Below are positions 34,103-45,569 of a stretch of 64,000 nt of DNA, piece by piece. The position numbers and the translations under genes were made by a program. The notes under the pieces were generated by a model that had not been told where the DNA came from, ran no database searches, and saw nothing but the letters and a program-made list of their open reading frames with translations. The stretch is taken from assembly GCA_031419075.1 (NCBI GenBank), contig JANOKD010000069.1, positions 2,313-66,312 of the forward strand, in the 5' to 3' direction. Each line of letters begins with the position of its first letter. Positions within the stretch are counted from its first letter, which is position 1. The stretch comes from Lysobacterales bacterium (lineage in GTDB: Bacteria; Pseudomonadota; Gammaproteobacteria; Xanthomonadales; Xanthomonadaceae).

Positions 34103-34650
34103 TAGGGTGCGCCTTGGCGCACCGGCTTGTTGATCCAGCCCGGATATGTCTGAATTCGATGGCTGTGCTGGCGTAGGAAGGGCTTCAGCCCCGAGCAGCT
34201 TGTTGGCAGAGTTTGCCGTAAGGGCCTGTTCAAAATGTTCCCCGGCCGCGAACAGATATACCACCTGTCATCCCGAACATCCGCATAGCGGGTGGAGGGA
34301 TCTGCTGTTGTGCGCACCGGCGACAAGCAGATCCCCCCTCGGGCTTCGCCCTCGTTCGGGATGACATATTTTTCAAAATCTCTGGAAGGCGTAATCTCTG
34401 GAAAGCGTATTGGTAGAGCGGCCTTCAGGCCGCTGGAGTCCAACGAAGTCACCAATACAGCGGCCTGAAGGCCGCTCTACCGACGATCAAGTGTGAGTGA
34501 GCGGTTCCCCATCGCGGATTGCCGAGATTTTGAACAGGCTCCGAAAGCTCGGGCCTGAGGGCCTCCTATGAACAGATTTAGCGTTCAAATGAGGCTTGGC
34601 CGGAGCAATGGTTGACTGCGCGAACAGCCGGTGCGCCTAGGCGTACCCTA
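34103..34650. repeat. Nested multi-family REP cluster
   Basis: TAGGGTGCG pair (34103-34125 / 34628-34650) enclosing a GTAGGAAGGGC pair (34173-34196 / 34547-34569), which encloses a TGTC doublet (34266-34366) and a GGTAGAGCGGCC pair (34412-34481). Confidence 0.85.
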
Positions 34651-34684
34651 TTGGGTTTTCCGCTGCTTGATTTCCCCGCTTGAT

Positions 34685-35344
34685 TCAGCGCAGGCCGAAG
34701 CGTGCGCGGCAGCCTTCGTCCACCCAGAGTCCCTGTTTGTCGTAGCCCCATGAGCGGCCCTCGGTGCAGGCGGAGGCCGACAGTTTTTCCAGCAGCACAG
34801 GCTTGCCGCGCTTGCGGTCCCAGGGGCAGGTCTGGCGCCGGCCGTTTTCGCTGCCGCAGGTGGTGCTGTAGCGGCCGCCGCTTTCGCCGACGCGGAACAC
34901 GCCGCGGCAGCCCTTGTCCACCCACAGCGCGCCGCCGCGGATGCCCCAGCTGCTGCCTTCGCGGCAGGGGGTGTCCGACAGCTGGCGGATGAGATCGGCA
35001 TTGCCGTACAGGTCGTTGCCGCAGGTTTTGTAGCGGCCGTCGCTGCTTTCGCACTTCACTTCTTTGCCGGCATACAGCGGGCCGAATTCGGCGCGGCAGC
35101 CTTTTTCCACCCAGACCTTGCCGGGCGTGGTGCCCCAGTTGCGGCCCTTGACGCAGTCGGTGGTCGACAAACGACGGGTGAGCTGGGTCTGACCCGGCCA
35201 CGGGGTGTCGCAGGTTTCGCGCCGGGCGTCCTTGCTTTCGCAGCGGACGCTGTCTTTGTCGAAAAGCTGTGCATGGGCGACGGGCGCTGCAGAGCAGGCC
35301 GCAGCTGCGAATAGAAGAAGGGTCAGGACGCGCATCGTGGACAT
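34685..35344 (-). CDS. DUF3011 repeat secreted protein
   Basis: Signal peptide, repeated CES.DG...C...RQLS...C..G..WG...WV..GCR..F. Confidence 0.85.
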   Translation of the reverse strand: MSTMRVLTLLLFAAAACSAAPVAHAQLFDKDSVRCESKDARRETCDTPWPGQTQLTRRLSTTDCVKGRNWGTTPGKVWVEKGCRAEFGPLYAGKEVKCESSDGRYKTCGNDLYGNADLIRQLSDTPCREGSSWGIRGGALWVDKGCRGVFRVGESGGRYSTTCGSENGRRQTCPWDRKRGKPVLLEKLSASACTEGRSWGYDKQGLWVDEGCRARFGLR

Positions 35345-35430
35345 AGGGAGCTCGTGGGTTGAGAGGCTGTTGTATGAATAGGTCGATGGATCACTGGATC
35401 AGCGGACGATTGCGGGGTAGCACAGCCCCA

Positions 35431-36555
35431 TCAGCGCAGGCCAAAGCGGCCGCGGCAACCGTGGTTCACCCACAGTCCGGCGCGCCTGCTGTAGCCCCAG
35501 GAATACCCTTGGGTGCAGGGCCGGTCGGAGAGCGTCTGGAGCAGCTGCGGTGTGCCGCGATTGCGGTCCCAGGCGCAGGCGGTGTACACGCCGTCCTTGC
35601 TTGCGCAGACCACGTTGTTGCCATTGTTGTTGTTGCCGTAGCCGTAGCCGTAGCCACTGTCGCTGCCGTTGCCATCGACCCGGAACACGCCGCGACAGCC
35701 GCCATTGACCCAGATCGAACCGTCGCGCATGCCCCAGGTCGTACCTTCGGTGCAGCGGCGGTCGGACAGCTGGCGCAGCAGTTGAACACTGCCATACAGC
35801 TGGGTGCCGCACTGCTTGTAGCGGCCGTCGCCGCTTTCGCAGCGGATCTCCTGGGCCAGCGATTCCACCACCGGCACGAACACGCCGCGGCAGCCTCCGT
35901 TCACCCGGATCTCGCCGCGGCTCGACGACCAGTTCTGGCCGGCGACACAGGCGGTGCCGGAGAGTTGGCGCAGGAGTTCCGAGCCGCCCGGCCACGGGGT
36001 GGCGCAGGTGCGCGGCCGGCCGTCGCTGCTTTCGCAATTGACTTCACCCCCGGCATTGCTGACCAGCGCCGAAAATTCGGCCCGGCAGCCGCCGCTGACC
36101 CAGACCTGACCACGGCTGGAGGACCAGTTCTGCCCAGCGACACAGCGGGTCTCGGACAATTGACGGCTCAGCCGGGATTCGCTCTGCCACGGCGTCGGGC
36201 AGGTGCGCTGGCGGCCGTCGGTACTTTCGCAGCGCAGGGTGTCGCCGCTGCCTGTGGGCGGATAGCCGCCGCCGGTGCCGCTGAGCGATGTCGAAATGTC
36301 GGCCTTGATCTGCTGGAACGTCCAGTTCGACAGCCGCACCTGGTCCAGATAGAAGCGCATCTGGTCTTCCGGGAGGGTTCGCCCGCCGGATTGTTCGCTG
36401 TATTCAAGACCGATGACGCGACGCTGGTCCGTGACCGGCAGTTCCCAGACCCGCTCGGGTGCATAGGCGCGGGCTTTGATCGGTTGGGCTATCGCGGGCA
36501 GGGCGCACAGGCCGAGCAGGGCGATGGCTAGCATGCGGGTCAGCAAAGCGTTCAT
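35431..36555 (-). CDS. DUF3011 repeat secreted protein (paralog, extra N-terminal domain)
   Basis: Signal peptide MNALLTRMLAIALLGLCALPAIA, four Cys-rich repeats of the same pattern. Confidence 0.85.
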   Translation of the reverse strand: MNALLTRMLAIALLGLCALPAIAQPIKARAYAPERVWELPVTDQRRVIGLEYSEQSGGRTLPEDQMRFYLDQVRLSNWTFQQIKADISTSLSGTGGGYPPTGSGDTLRCESTDGRQRTCPTPWQSESRLSRQLSETRCVAGQNWSSSRGQVWVSGGCRAEFSALVSNAGGEVNCESSDGRPRTCATPWPGGSELLRQLSGTACVAGQNWSSSRGEIRVNGGCRGVFVPVVESLAQEIRCESGDGRYKQCGTQLYGSVQLLRQLSDRRCTEGTTWGMRDGSIWVNGGCRGVFRVDGNGSDSGYGYGYGNNNNGNNVVCASKDGVYTACAWDRNRGTPQLLQTLSDRPCTQGYSWGYSRRAGLWVNHGCRGRFGLR

Positions 36556-36572
36556 TGCGAATTCCTCGTGGC

Positions 36573-36614
36573 GGACGATCTGTGGTGGACGATCTGTAGA
36601 GGACGATCTGTAAA
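36573..36614. repeat. 3 x 14-bp tandem repeat GGACGATCTGTnnn
   Basis: GGACGATCTGTGGT GGACGATCTGTAGA GGACGATCTGTAAA. Confidence 0.85.
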
Positions 36615-36745
36615 GGAGCATCAGCAGGCTGAGTGCCCGGGCTTCCGTGGCGTGGATCATACCGCCGCTACGCTCGGCTGCCGCACCCGCTAAAATGCAC
36701 GACTGACCGGCAGACGCCGCACGATCCTATCCCCGGAGTTCCTCC

Positions 36746-38506
36746 ATGCGTACCCATTTTTGTGGCCTTGTCGATGAAACGCTGATCGACCAGACCGTCT
36801 CGCTGTGCGGCTGGGTCAACAGCGCCCGCGTCCAGAGCCATCAGGTGTTTGTCGATCTGCGCGACCATGAAGGCATCGTGCAGGTGCTGATCGAAAGCGA
36901 CCAGCCGGAGCTGTTCAAGGCCGCCAGCGCCCTCGGCAACGAAGACTGCCTGCGCGTCACCGGCACCGTGCGCGCGCGCCATGCGGTGAACGACAAGATC
37001 AAGACCGGCAGGATCGAGATCGTGCCGACCGCCATTGACGTGTTGAACAAGGCCGAGCCGCTGCCGTTCCACGCCCACGAGAACGCCGGTGAAGAAACCC
37101 GCCTGACCTATCGCTATCTCGATCTGCGCCGCCCAGAGATGCAGACGATGATGCGCACCCGCATCAAGCTGGTGCAGGCGCTGCGCCGTTATCTTGATGA
37201 ACGCGGCTTTCAGGACATTGAAACTCCGATCCTGACCAAAGCGACGCCCGAAGGTGCGCGCGACTTTCTGGTCCCGGCGCGCATGCATCCCGGTGAGTTC
37301 TACGCGCTGCCGCAGTCGCCGCAGCTGTTCAAACAGATTTTGATGGTGGCGGGCTTCGACCGTTACTACCAGATCGCGCGCTGTTTCCGCGACGAAGCGC
37401 TGCGCGCCGACCGCCAGCTGGAATTCACCCAGCTCGACATGGAGTTCGCATGGGTGCAAGAGCGCGATGTGCAGGACGCCACCGAAGCGATGATCCGCGA
37501 GATCTTCCGCGAAGTGATGGACGTGGACCTCGGCGAATTTCCGCGCATGACCTATGCCGAAACAATGCGCCGCTATGGTTCGGATAAGCCTGATCTGCGT
37601 AATCCGATGGAATTCACCGATATCGCCGAGTTGGTGAAAACCTGCGAATTCAAAGTGTTCACCGATTGGGCGAATCATGACGACGGCCGCGTGGTTGCTT
37701 TACGCGCACCGGGCGGCGCGGTGTTCTCGCGCAAGCAGATCGACGATCTCGGCGCGCATGCCGCCAAGTACGGCGCCAAGGGCGTGGCGTGGATGAAGAT
37801 CGAAGACGCCGCCAAGGGCCGTGACGGTATCAACTCGCCGATCGCCAAGTTTCTCGATGACGCCACACTCGCCGCGATTGTGCAGGCCACCGGCGCGCAG
37901 AGCGGCGACGCGATCTTCTTCGGCGCTGCCAACTACAAAACCGCCAGCGATTTCATGGGCGCGCTGCGCCTGAAGCTTGGGAAGGATCTCAATTTGGTCG
38001 GCGCCGGCTGGGCACCGCTGTGGGTTACGGATTTCCCGATGTTCGAGTGGGACGAAGAAGCGCAGCGCTACGTCGCCCTGCATCACCCGTTCACCGCGCC
38101 GGCGGTGGACGATGAAGCCGATCTGCGCGCGAATGCAAAGACCGCGGTCTCGCGCGGCTACGACATGGTGCTCAACGGCAACGAGATCGGCGGTGGCTCG
38201 ATCCGTATCCACCGGTCGTCGATGCAGTCGGCGGTGTTCGATCTCCTGGGCATCGGCCGCGAAGAAGCCGAACTGAAGTTTGGCTTTCTGCTGGATGCAC
38301 TGAAATACGGCGCCCCGCCGCACGGCGGCATCGCCTTCGGCATCGACCGCATCGCCGCGCTGATGGCCGGCACCGAATCGATCCGCGACGTGATTGCGTT
38401 TCCGAAAACCACCACTGCGCAGTGCCTGATGACCGGCGCGCCGTCGCCGATCCCGGACGTGCAGCTGGCTGAAGTGCACGTGCAGGTGCGTCCACCGAAG
38501 GCATGA
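36746..38506 (+). CDS. aspS: Aspartate--tRNA ligase
   Basis: [53 protein letters not shown]. Confidence 0.97.
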   Translation: MRTHFCGLVDETLIDQTVSLCGWVNSARVQSHQVFVDLRDHEGIVQVLIESDQPELFKAASALGNEDCLRVTGTVRARHAVNDKIKTGRIEIVPTAIDVLNKAEPLPFHAHENAGEETRLTYRYLDLRRPEMQTMMRTRIKLVQALRRYLDERGFQDIETPILTKATPEGARDFLVPARMHPGEFYALPQSPQLFKQILMVAGFDRYYQIARCFRDEALRADRQLEFTQLDMEFAWVQERDVQDATEAMIREIFREVMDVDLGEFPRMTYAETMRRYGSDKPDLRNPMEFTDIAELVKTCEFKVFTDWANHDDGRVVALRAPGGAVFSRKQIDDLGAHAAKYGAKGVAWMKIEDAAKGRDGINSPIAKFLDDATLAAIVQATGAQSGDAIFFGAANYKTASDFMGALRLKLGKDLNLVGAGWAPLWVTDFPMFEWDEEAQRYVALHHPFTAPAVDDEADLRANAKTAVSRGYDMVLNGNEIGGGSIRIHRSSMQSAVFDLLGIGREEAELKFGFLLDALKYGAPPHGGIAFGIDRIAALMAGTESIRDVIAFPKTTTAQCLMTGAPSPIPDVQLAEVHVQVRPPKA

Positions 38507-38533
38507 TGTTTCTGTGGGAATAATGTTGTCTGC

Positions 38534-38606
38534 GTGGGAGCGGCGGAAGCCGCGATGCTTTTCGGAGAGCCTTTCAGTCACTCATCGCGGCTTCCGCCGC
38601 TCCCAC
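38534..38606. repeat. Inverted REP doublet GTGGGAGCGGCGGAAGCCGCGATG
   Basis: Perfect inverted arms at 38534-38557 and 38583-38606; single copy also at 45077-45100. Confidence 0.85.
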
Positions 38607-38644
38607 AGAAGCCGCTCCTACATGACGTTCTTCAGGACTTGCAG

Positions 38645-39169
38645 ATGACCACCACCATCCGTCGCGCCACCCCTGCCGATGCCGAGCGCGTCGTCGACAT
38701 CACCCGGCGCAATTTCACCGAGACCTTCGGCCATCTGTATCCGCCGGAGGATCTCGCGTATTTCCTCGACAACAGCTATTCGCTGGACGCACATCGCGCG
38801 CTGCTTGCCGATGACGATTACGCGATCTGGCTGCTGGAGCACGATGGTGAAGCGCTGGGCCACGCGGTGGCCGGACCCTGCGGCCTGCCGCACGACGACG
38901 TGGCCGAGGGCGACGGTGAACTGAAGCGGCTCTACATCCTCGAAGCAGCGCACAACGGCGGCTGGGGCGGGAAGCTGTTCCAGACCGTGCTGGACTGGCT
39001 GCTGCGCGACGGCCCACGTACGCTGTGGATCGGGGTGTGGAGCGAGAATCTCGGCGCGCAGCGGTTCTACGGTCGCTACGGGTTCGAGAAGGTCGGCGAA
39101 TATCTGTTTCCGGTCGGCAATACCTACGACCATGAGTTCATCCTGCGCCGCAGGGCGGATGCGGTCTGA
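38645..39169 (+). CDS. GNAT family N-acetyltransferase
   Basis: ELKRLYI, GWGGKL, LWIGVWSENLGAQRFYGRYGF. Confidence 0.88.
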   Translation: MTTTIRRATPADAERVVDITRRNFTETFGHLYPPEDLAYFLDNSYSLDAHRALLADDDYAIWLLEHDGEALGHAVAGPCGLPHDDVAEGDGELKRLYILEAAHNGGWGGKLFQTVLDWLLRDGPRTLWIGVWSENLGAQRFYGRYGFEKVGEYLFPVGNTYDHEFILRRRADAV

Positions 39170-39170
39170 C

Positions 39171-39803
39171 ATGTCGGCCGACGGCACCGTGACGCCCAAG
39201 GTCCTGCTGGTCCACGGCATCTGGAATGCCAGACACTGGCTGACGCCGTTCGCGATGCGTCTGCGCCGGCAGGGATTGGCGCCCGAGCTGTTCGGCTACG
39301 ACAGCGTGCTGCGCGATCCGGAGCGGGCCGGCGACCGGCTGATCGCGCATCTCCGCCGCAGGCCGGTCGAGCTGCTGGTCGGTCACAGTCTCGGCGGTCT
39401 GATCATTCTTGAAGCGCTGCGCCGCGTCCCCGATCTGCCGGTCAAGCGCGTGGTCTGCGTGGGTTCACCTCTGTGCGGCAGCGGGGTGGTGATGGCGATG
39501 GGGCAGCGACCACCGCTCCCGCTGGTGCTGGGCCGCAGTCGCGGCATCCTTGAAACCGGCTGCGCGCCCTGGCAGGGGCCGGCGGCGGTCGGCGTGGTTG
39601 CCGGCAACCGTGCGCGCGGGCTGGGCAGGTGGTTCGCACGGATGGAAGGGGAGTCCGACGGCACCGTCAGCGTGGCGGAGACCCGGCTTCCGGGACTGGC
39701 CGACCATTGCATCGTTCCGGCCAGCCACAGCGGGCTGGTGCTGTCCGCCGATGCGGCCCGGCAAACCGCCCGCTTCCTCCTCAACGGTCATTTCGATACC
39801 TGA
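39171..39803 (+). CDS. Alpha/beta hydrolase (esterase/lipase-like)
   Basis: LVHGIW, VGHSLGG, DGTVSV..T, HSG. Confidence 0.8.
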   Translation: MSADGTVTPKVLLVHGIWNARHWLTPFAMRLRRQGLAPELFGYDSVLRDPERAGDRLIAHLRRRPVELLVGHSLGGLIILEALRRVPDLPVKRVVCVGSPLCGSGVVMAMGQRPPLPLVLGRSRGILETGCAPWQGPAAVGVVAGNRARGLGRWFARMEGESDGTVSVAETRLPGLADHCIVPASHSGLVLSADAARQTARFLLNGHFDT

Positions 39804-39872
39804 ACCGGCCGCAACGGCCGCGGGATAGGGGTAAAATCGCCGGCTTGGCATTCGCACAGGCTCCGGACGTTC

Positions 39873-40604
39873 ATGGGTAGAGGTCCTTCCATCGAATCGC
39901 GTAAAAACGCGGTCGACGCGCAGCGCGGCAAGATCTTCACCAAGATCATTCGCGAAATCGGGGTGGCCGCCCGTGCCGGCGGCGGCGATACCGCCACCAA
40001 TCCGCGCCTGCGCACCGCGATCGACAAGGGTCTGTCGGTCAATATGACCAAGGAAGTGATCGAGCGCGCGATCAAGAAAGCCACCGGCGAGCTGGAAGGC
40101 GTCGAATACGAAGAAGTGCGCTACGAGGGCTATGCCCCCGGCGGCGTCGCGGTGATCGTCGACTGCCTCACCGACAACAAAGTCCGCACCGTCGCCGACG
40201 TGCGTCACGCCTTCAGCAAATGCGGCGGCAATATGGGCACCGAAGGCTCGGTGTCGTTCATGTTCAAAAAGCTCGGCGTGCTGTCGTTCGCGGCCGGTGC
40301 CGATGAAGATGCCATTACCGAAGCGGCCATCGAAGCCGGCGCCGATGACGTGGTGGTGTATCCAGACGACGGCGCGATCGATGTGCTGACCGCCCCGGAT
40401 GCGTTCATGACCGTGAAAGCGGCGATCGAAACCGCAGGCTTGAAGCCTGATCTCGCTGAAGTCGCGTACCGCGCCGACAACGACATCGCCGTCTCCGGCG
40501 ACACCGCGCAGCAGGTCGTGAAACTGCTGCGCTGGCTGGAAGATCTCGACGATGTGCAAAGTGTGTATTCCAACGCAGATCTTGGCGCGGATGCATATGC
40601 GTGA
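39873..40604 (+). CDS. yebC: YebC/PmpR family protein
   Basis: [35 protein letters not shown]. Confidence 0.95.
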   Translation: MGRGPSIESRKNAVDAQRGKIFTKIIREIGVAARAGGGDTATNPRLRTAIDKGLSVNMTKEVIERAIKKATGELEGVEYEEVRYEGYAPGGVAVIVDCLTDNKVRTVADVRHAFSKCGGNMGTEGSVSFMFKKLGVLSFAAGADEDAITEAAIEAGADDVVVYPDDGAIDVLTAPDAFMTVKAAIETAGLKPDLAEVAYRADNDIAVSGDTAQQVVKLLRWLEDLDDVQSVYSNADLGADAYA

Positions 40605-40697
40605 GACGGGAATAGGGAGAAGGGAGACGAGGCAACTGACGCAGTGCCGATACCCCGTGATTCGTCTCCCGTCTCCCATCTCCCTTATCCCAACCCC

Positions 40698-41231
40698 ATG
40701 ACCCGCATCCTCGGCATCGATCCCGGTTCGCAGCGCACCGGCGTGGGCATCATTGATGTCGACGCGGTGGGCAAGACCGCGCACGTCTTTCACGCGCCGC
40801 TGAATCTGCTGTCCGCCGATGAAGACACCCGCGACAATTTTCCGCTGCGATTGAAGCGTTTGCTCGAAGGGCTTGGCGACATCATCGACACCCATCGCCC
40901 TGATGAAGTGGCGATCGAAAAGGTATTCATGGCCCGCAACCCGGACTCGGCGCTCAAACTCGGTCAGGCGCGCGGCGCGGCAATCTGCGCCGTGGTCATG
41001 CGCGATCTGCCGGTGCATGAATACGCAGCGAAAGAAGTGAAACTGGCGGTGGTCGGCACCGGCGGCGCCGACAAGGCCCAGATCCAGCACATGGTCGGCA
41101 TGATGCTCAACCTCAAGGGCAAGCTGCAGGCCGACGCCGCCGACGCACTGGCGGTCGCCATCACCCACGCGCACGTGCGCGCCACCGCGCTGCGCCTGGG
41201 CGTGAACGCGCGTCAGGCGTGGAGGAAGTAA
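40698..41231 (+). CDS. ruvC: Holliday junction resolvase RuvC
   Basis: [32 protein letters not shown]. Confidence 0.95.
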   Translation: MTRILGIDPGSQRTGVGIIDVDAVGKTAHVFHAPLNLLSADEDTRDNFPLRLKRLLEGLGDIIDTHRPDEVAIEKVFMARNPDSALKLGQARGAAICAVVMRDLPVHEYAAKEVKLAVVGTGGADKAQIQHMVGMMLNLKGKLQADAADALAVAITHAHVRATALRLGVNARQAWRK

Positions 41232-41235
41232 TCCC

Positions 41236-41823
41236 ATGATCGGTCGTTTGAAAGGCATTTTGATCCACAAGCAGCCGCCCTGGCTGGTGATCGATGTGCA
41301 CGGCGTCGGCTATGAACTTGAAGCGCCGATGAGCACCATCTACGATCTGCCCGAGATCGGCCGCGAAGTGATGCTCTTTACCCACTACGCGCAGAAGGAA
41401 GACAGCGTGTCGCTGTACGGGTTTCTGCGCGACGCCGAGCGTCGGTTGTTCCGCGACGTGCAGAAAGTCAGCGGCATCGGCGCGAAGATCGCGCTGGCCG
41501 TGCTGTCGGGCACCAGTGTCGATGAATTTGCGCGACTGGTGCAGACCGGTGATGTGACCGCACTGACCCGCATTCCCGGTATCGGCAAGAAAACCGCCGA
41601 ACGCATGGTGGTGGAGCTGCGCGATCGCGCCGCGGATTTCGTCACCGGTGGCGTATCGGGCAGTCTGGGTATCGGCACCGACGCCCAGTCCGAAGCCACC
41701 AGCGCACTGCAGCAGCTCGGCTACAAACCCGCGGAGGCCGTGCGCATGGCGCGCGACGCCGCCGGCGCTGGCGACGATGCCGCCGCCATCATTCGTAAAG
41801 CGCTGCAGTCCGCACTTCGCTGA
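41236..41823 (+). CDS. ruvA: Holliday junction DNA-binding protein RuvA
   Basis: [32 protein letters not shown]. Confidence 0.96.
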   Translation: MIGRLKGILIHKQPPWLVIDVHGVGYELEAPMSTIYDLPEIGREVMLFTHYAQKEDSVSLYGFLRDAERRLFRDVQKVSGIGAKIALAVLSGTSVDEFARLVQTGDVTALTRIPGIGKKTAERMVVELRDRAADFVTGGVSGSLGIGTDAQSEATSALQQLGYKPAEAVRMARDAAGAGDDAAAIIRKALQSALR

Positions 41824-41881
41824 CGCGCCCATTCCGCTGCATCAGCGCCTTCATACGCAACGTCCACGGCAGATCCCTTCG

Positions 41882-43810
41882 ATGAGTCAATCCTCCAGTC
41901 ACGACAACTCCCCTGCACAGCCGGGTCATGGCGGGCACGCTTCCGCTGGCATGGTGGCGCTGGTGGCGGGCGCGGTCGGCGTCGTGTTCGGCGACATCGG
42001 CACCAGTCCGCTGTACACCATCAAGGAAATGTTCCATCCGCACTTCGGGCTGACCCCGGACGCGGCGACGGTGAAGGGTCTGCTGTCGCTGGGTTTCTGG
42101 TCGCTGCTGCTGGTGGTCACGCTGAAGTACGTGATTGTCATCATGCGCGCCGACAACGAAGGCGAGGGCGGCATCATGGCGCTGACCGCATTGGCGCAGC
42201 GCAGCCTCAAGCCCGGTTCGCGGATGAGCTATACGGTCGGTATTCTCGGCATTTTCGGCGCGGCGCTGTTTTTCGGCGACGGTATGATCACGCCGCCGAT
42301 CACCGTGCTTGGCGCGGTGGAGGGCCTGGAAGTGATCTCGCCCGTCTTCAAACAATGGGTGGTGCCGATCAGTCTGGTGATTCTGTGCGGGCTGTTCGCA
42401 GTCCAGCGTTTCGGCACCGCGAAAGTCGGCAAAGCCTTTGGCCCGATCATGATCACCTGGTTCGTGGTGATCGCAGCGTTCGGGGCTTACAACATTGCCC
42501 AGAATCCAATCGTACTGAAGGCCATGAATCCCTATTGGGCATGGAATTTTTTCGCCACCCACAATTGGCATGCGCTGCTGATTCTCGGCGCGGTGGTGTT
42601 GACCGTGACCGGCGGCGAGGCGCTGTATGCCGATATGGGCCACTTCGGTAAAAAACCGATCCGCTGGGGCTGGTTCGGCTTCGTGCTGCCGGCGCTGGTG
42701 TTGAATTACTTCGGTCAGGGCGCGGTGCTGCTGGAGAATCCAAAAGCGGTCGCCAATCCGTTTTACATGTCGATCCCGGAGTGGGCGCAGATCCCGATGC
42801 TGGTGCTGGCGACGGTAGCCGCAGCGGTCGCCTCGCAGGCGGTCATCACCGGCGCGTTTTCGGTGACGCGTCAAGCGATCCAGCTGGGCTACCTGCCGCG
42901 ACTGGCCATCAAATACACCTCCAAAGACACCATCGGTCAGATCTATGTGCCGTCGATCAACTGGATGCTGCTGGCTGCCGTGATCCTGCTGGTGTTCGCG
43001 TTCCGCAGTTCCACCGCGCTGGCCACCGCCTACGGCCTGTCGGTGACCGGCACCATGCTGATCGATACGCTGCTGCTGGCCATCGTCGCTTACACGCGAT
43101 GGCCTGACACCCGCAAGTGGGTGTTGCCGCTGTGCGGGCTGTTCCTGCTGATCGATCTGGCGTTCCTGATCGCCAACGGCGCGAAATTGTTCTCCGGCAT
43201 CGGCGCGTGGGTGCCGCTGTTCATCGGCATCGGCGCATTCACGATGATGCGCACCTGGCGCCGTGGACGTGAGCTGTTGCACGCCGAAATCCGCAAGGAA
43301 GGCATCCAGCTCAACACCTTCCTGCCCGGTTTGATGCTGGCGCCGCCGGTGCGGGTGCCGGGCACCGCGGTGTTCATGACTGCCGACAAGACCGTAGTGC
43401 CGCACGCGCTGATGCACAACCTCAAGCACAACAAGGTGCTGCATGAGCGCAACGTATTTCTGACCGTCGACACCCTCAACGTGCCGCATGCGCCGAAGGA
43501 AAAACGGCTGAACATCGAATCCATCGGCAACGATTTCTATCGGGTCATCATTCGTTTCGGTTTTATGGAAACCCCCGATGTGCCGCTGGCGTTGATGCGC
43601 AGCTGCGACAAGGGCGGCATTTACTTCGACCCGATGGACACCACTTATTTCGCCAGCCGTGAAACCATCATCGTCAGCGCCAATCGCGGCATGCCAATCT
43701 GGCGCGACAAACTGTTCGCGCTGATGCATCGGAATGCCGCGTCGGCGACCGGATTCTTCCGCATCCCAGGCAACCGCCTGGTCGAGCTGGGTTCGCAGGT
43801 GCAGATTTGA
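41882..43810 (+). CDS. kup: Potassium transporter Kup
   Basis: [40 protein letters not shown]. Confidence 0.96.
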   Translation: MSQSSSHDNSPAQPGHGGHASAGMVALVAGAVGVVFGDIGTSPLYTIKEMFHPHFGLTPDAATVKGLLSLGFWSLLLVVTLKYVIVIMRADNEGEGGIMALTALAQRSLKPGSRMSYTVGILGIFGAALFFGDGMITPPITVLGAVEGLEVISPVFKQWVVPISLVILCGLFAVQRFGTAKVGKAFGPIMITWFVVIAAFGAYNIAQNPIVLKAMNPYWAWNFFATHNWHALLILGAVVLTVTGGEALYADMGHFGKKPIRWGWFGFVLPALVLNYFGQGAVLLENPKAVANPFYMSIPEWAQIPMLVLATVAAAVASQAVITGAFSVTRQAIQLGYLPRLAIKYTSKDTIGQIYVPSINWMLLAAVILLVFAFRSSTALATAYGLSVTGTMLIDTLLLAIVAYTRWPDTRKWVLPLCGLFLLIDLAFLIANGAKLFSGIGAWVPLFIGIGAFTMMRTWRRGRELLHAEIRKEGIQLNTFLPGLMLAPPVRVPGTAVFMTADKTVVPHALMHNLKHNKVLHERNVFLTVDTLNVPHAPKEKRLNIESIGNDFYRVIIRFGFMETPDVPLALMRSCDKGGIYFDPMDTTYFASRETIIVSANRGMPIWRDKLFALMHRNAASATGFFRIPGNRLVELGSQVQI

Positions 43811-43875
43811 TGTCTACCGAAGTTGTTGCAGCGAACTGAAGTCCGCGCTACCGGTGCGCAGGGCATAATAGATAA

Positions 43876-44910
43876 ATGACCACAGACCGCATCATCGCCA
43901 GCGGCGCCAGCCGCGAAGACGACACTGCCGATGCCACCATCCGCCCGAAGCGGCTGGACGAATATCTCGGCCAGCAGCCGGTGCGCGAACAGATGTCGAT
44001 CTATATCGAGGCGGCCAAGCGCCGCGGCGAGGCGATGGATCACGTGCTGATTTTCGGGCCGCCGGGTCTGGGCAAAACTACGCTGAGTCACGTGATCGCC
44101 AACGAGTTGGGCGTGAATCTGCGCGTCACCTCCGGGCCGGTGATCGAGAAGGCCGGCGACCTCGCCGCGCTGCTTACCAATCTGCAGCCGCACGATGTGC
44201 TGTTCATCGACGAGATCCATCGTCTGTCGCCGGTCGTCGAGGAAGTGCTGTACCCGGCGATGGAAGATTTCCAGATCGACATCATGATCGGCGAGGGCCC
44301 TGCGGCGCGCTCGATCAAGCTTGATCTTCCGCCGTTCACGCTGATCGGCGCCACCACCCGCGCCGGTTTGTTGACCGCACCGCTGCGCGACCGCTTCGGC
44401 ATCGTCCAACGCCTTGAGTTTTACAGCGCCGAAGAGCTCACCCGCATCGTGCGTCGCTCGGCGCAGATTCTCGGCATCGACTGCGCGCCGGAAGGCGCCG
44501 ACGAAATCGCACGTCGTGCGCGCGGCACCCCGCGTATCGCCAACCGCCTGCTGCGTCGGGTGCGCGACTTCGCCCAGGTCAAAGCGGCCGGGCATATCGA
44601 CCACGACGTCGCGCGCGCCGCGATGCTGATGCTGAAAGTGGATCCGGAAGGTTTCGACGACATCGATCGGCGGCTGCTGAATCTCATCATCGAGAATTTC
44701 GACGGCGGCCCGGTCGGCGTGGAATCACTGGCGGCGGCGCTGTCGGAAGAACGCGGCACGCTTGAAGATGTGATCGAACCGTATCTGATCCAACAGGGTT
44801 TTCTGATACGCACCGCGCGTGGCCGCATGGCATCGCAGAAAGCCTATCGGCATCTGGGCCTCAAGCCCAAGCCGAATGCGAGTGATCTGTTTGTGGAGGG
44901 TGATGCGTGA
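43876..44910 (+). CDS. ruvB: Holliday junction helicase RuvB
   Basis: [30 protein letters not shown]. Confidence 0.97.
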   Translation: MTTDRIIASGASREDDTADATIRPKRLDEYLGQQPVREQMSIYIEAAKRRGEAMDHVLIFGPPGLGKTTLSHVIANELGVNLRVTSGPVIEKAGDLAALLTNLQPHDVLFIDEIHRLSPVVEEVLYPAMEDFQIDIMIGEGPAARSIKLDLPPFTLIGATTRAGLLTAPLRDRFGIVQRLEFYSAEELTRIVRRSAQILGIDCAPEGADEIARRARGTPRIANRLLRRVRDFAQVKAAGHIDHDVARAAMLMLKVDPEGFDDIDRRLLNLIIENFDGGPVGVESLAAALSEERGTLEDVIEPYLIQQGFLIRTARGRMASQKAYRHLGLKPKPNASDLFVEGDA

Positions 44911-44946
44911 GCGTCCTTGCGCTGAGCGGTGATCGAAAAAAGCATC

Positions 44947-45047
44947 TGTCATCCCGAACGCCCACGGAGTGGGTGGAGGGATCTGTTTTTAAATCGACAC
45001 AACAAAAGCAGATCCCTCACCCCATAAAGCCGGGATTCGGGATGACA
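44947..45047. repeat. TGTCATCCCG hairpin doublet
   Basis: Same architecture as the 28.6-29.2 kb units. Confidence 0.85.
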
Positions 45048-45116
45048 GATGTTTGATTGCGCCTGCTGCTCAACCGATCGCGGCTGCCGCCGCTCCCACA
45101 ATCGCTTGCTTTGAAC

Positions 45117-45563
45117 ATGAACACAGCATTCACCCACCCCGTTCGCGTTTACTGGGAAGATACCGACGCCGGTGGTGTGGTGTATCACGCGCAGTATCTG
45201 GCGTTTCTGGAGCGCGCACGCACCGAGTGGCTGCGCGCGCACGGATACGGCCAGGAACTTCTGCGGCTGCAGCATGATCTGGTGTTCGCAGTGCGCGCGA
45301 TGACCATCGAGTTCCGTTTGCCGGCGCGTCTGGATGATGCCCTGCAGGTTGGCGTGACGTTGCGCACATGCAGGCACGCGAGTCTGGTGATCGCGCAGAC
45401 CATCGATCGCGACGGTGTGCGGCTGTTGGATGCGGAGGTGCGGGTCGCAGCGCTGCGCGCGTCCGACTTTCGCCCCAGGCCAATCCCGGACACGCTGTAT
45501 CCCCGGCTGAAGGCGTTGCAGGAAGCTGCGTCCGAGCCCTCCAAACGATTCAACGCGGAGTAA
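45117..45563 (+). CDS. ybgC: Tol-Pal-associated acyl-CoA thioesterase
   Basis: RVYWEDTDAGGVVYHA, ERARTEW; first gene of the tol cluster. Confidence 0.92.
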   Translation: MNTAFTHPVRVYWEDTDAGGVVYHAQYLAFLERARTEWLRAHGYGQELLRLQHDLVFAVRAMTIEFRLPARLDDALQVGVTLRTCRHASLVIAQTIDRDGVRLLDAEVRVAALRASDFRPRPIPDTLYPRLKALQEAASEPSKRFNAE

Positions 45564-45569
45564 CCGAAG

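Noticed and set aside
40605-40690. GGGAATAGGGAGAAGGGAGACG ... CGTCTCCCGTCTCCCATCTCCC inverted heptamer-like repeats
   Set aside because: Resembles the common Xanthomonadales GGGAAT-type simple-repeat hairpins; the 40644 upstream extension of ruvC is a by-product of it.
41882-43810. kup interrupting the ruvA-ruvB pair
   Set aside because: To my knowledge this ruvC-ruvA-kup-ruvB order is common in Xanthomonadales, so it is not a novel insertion.
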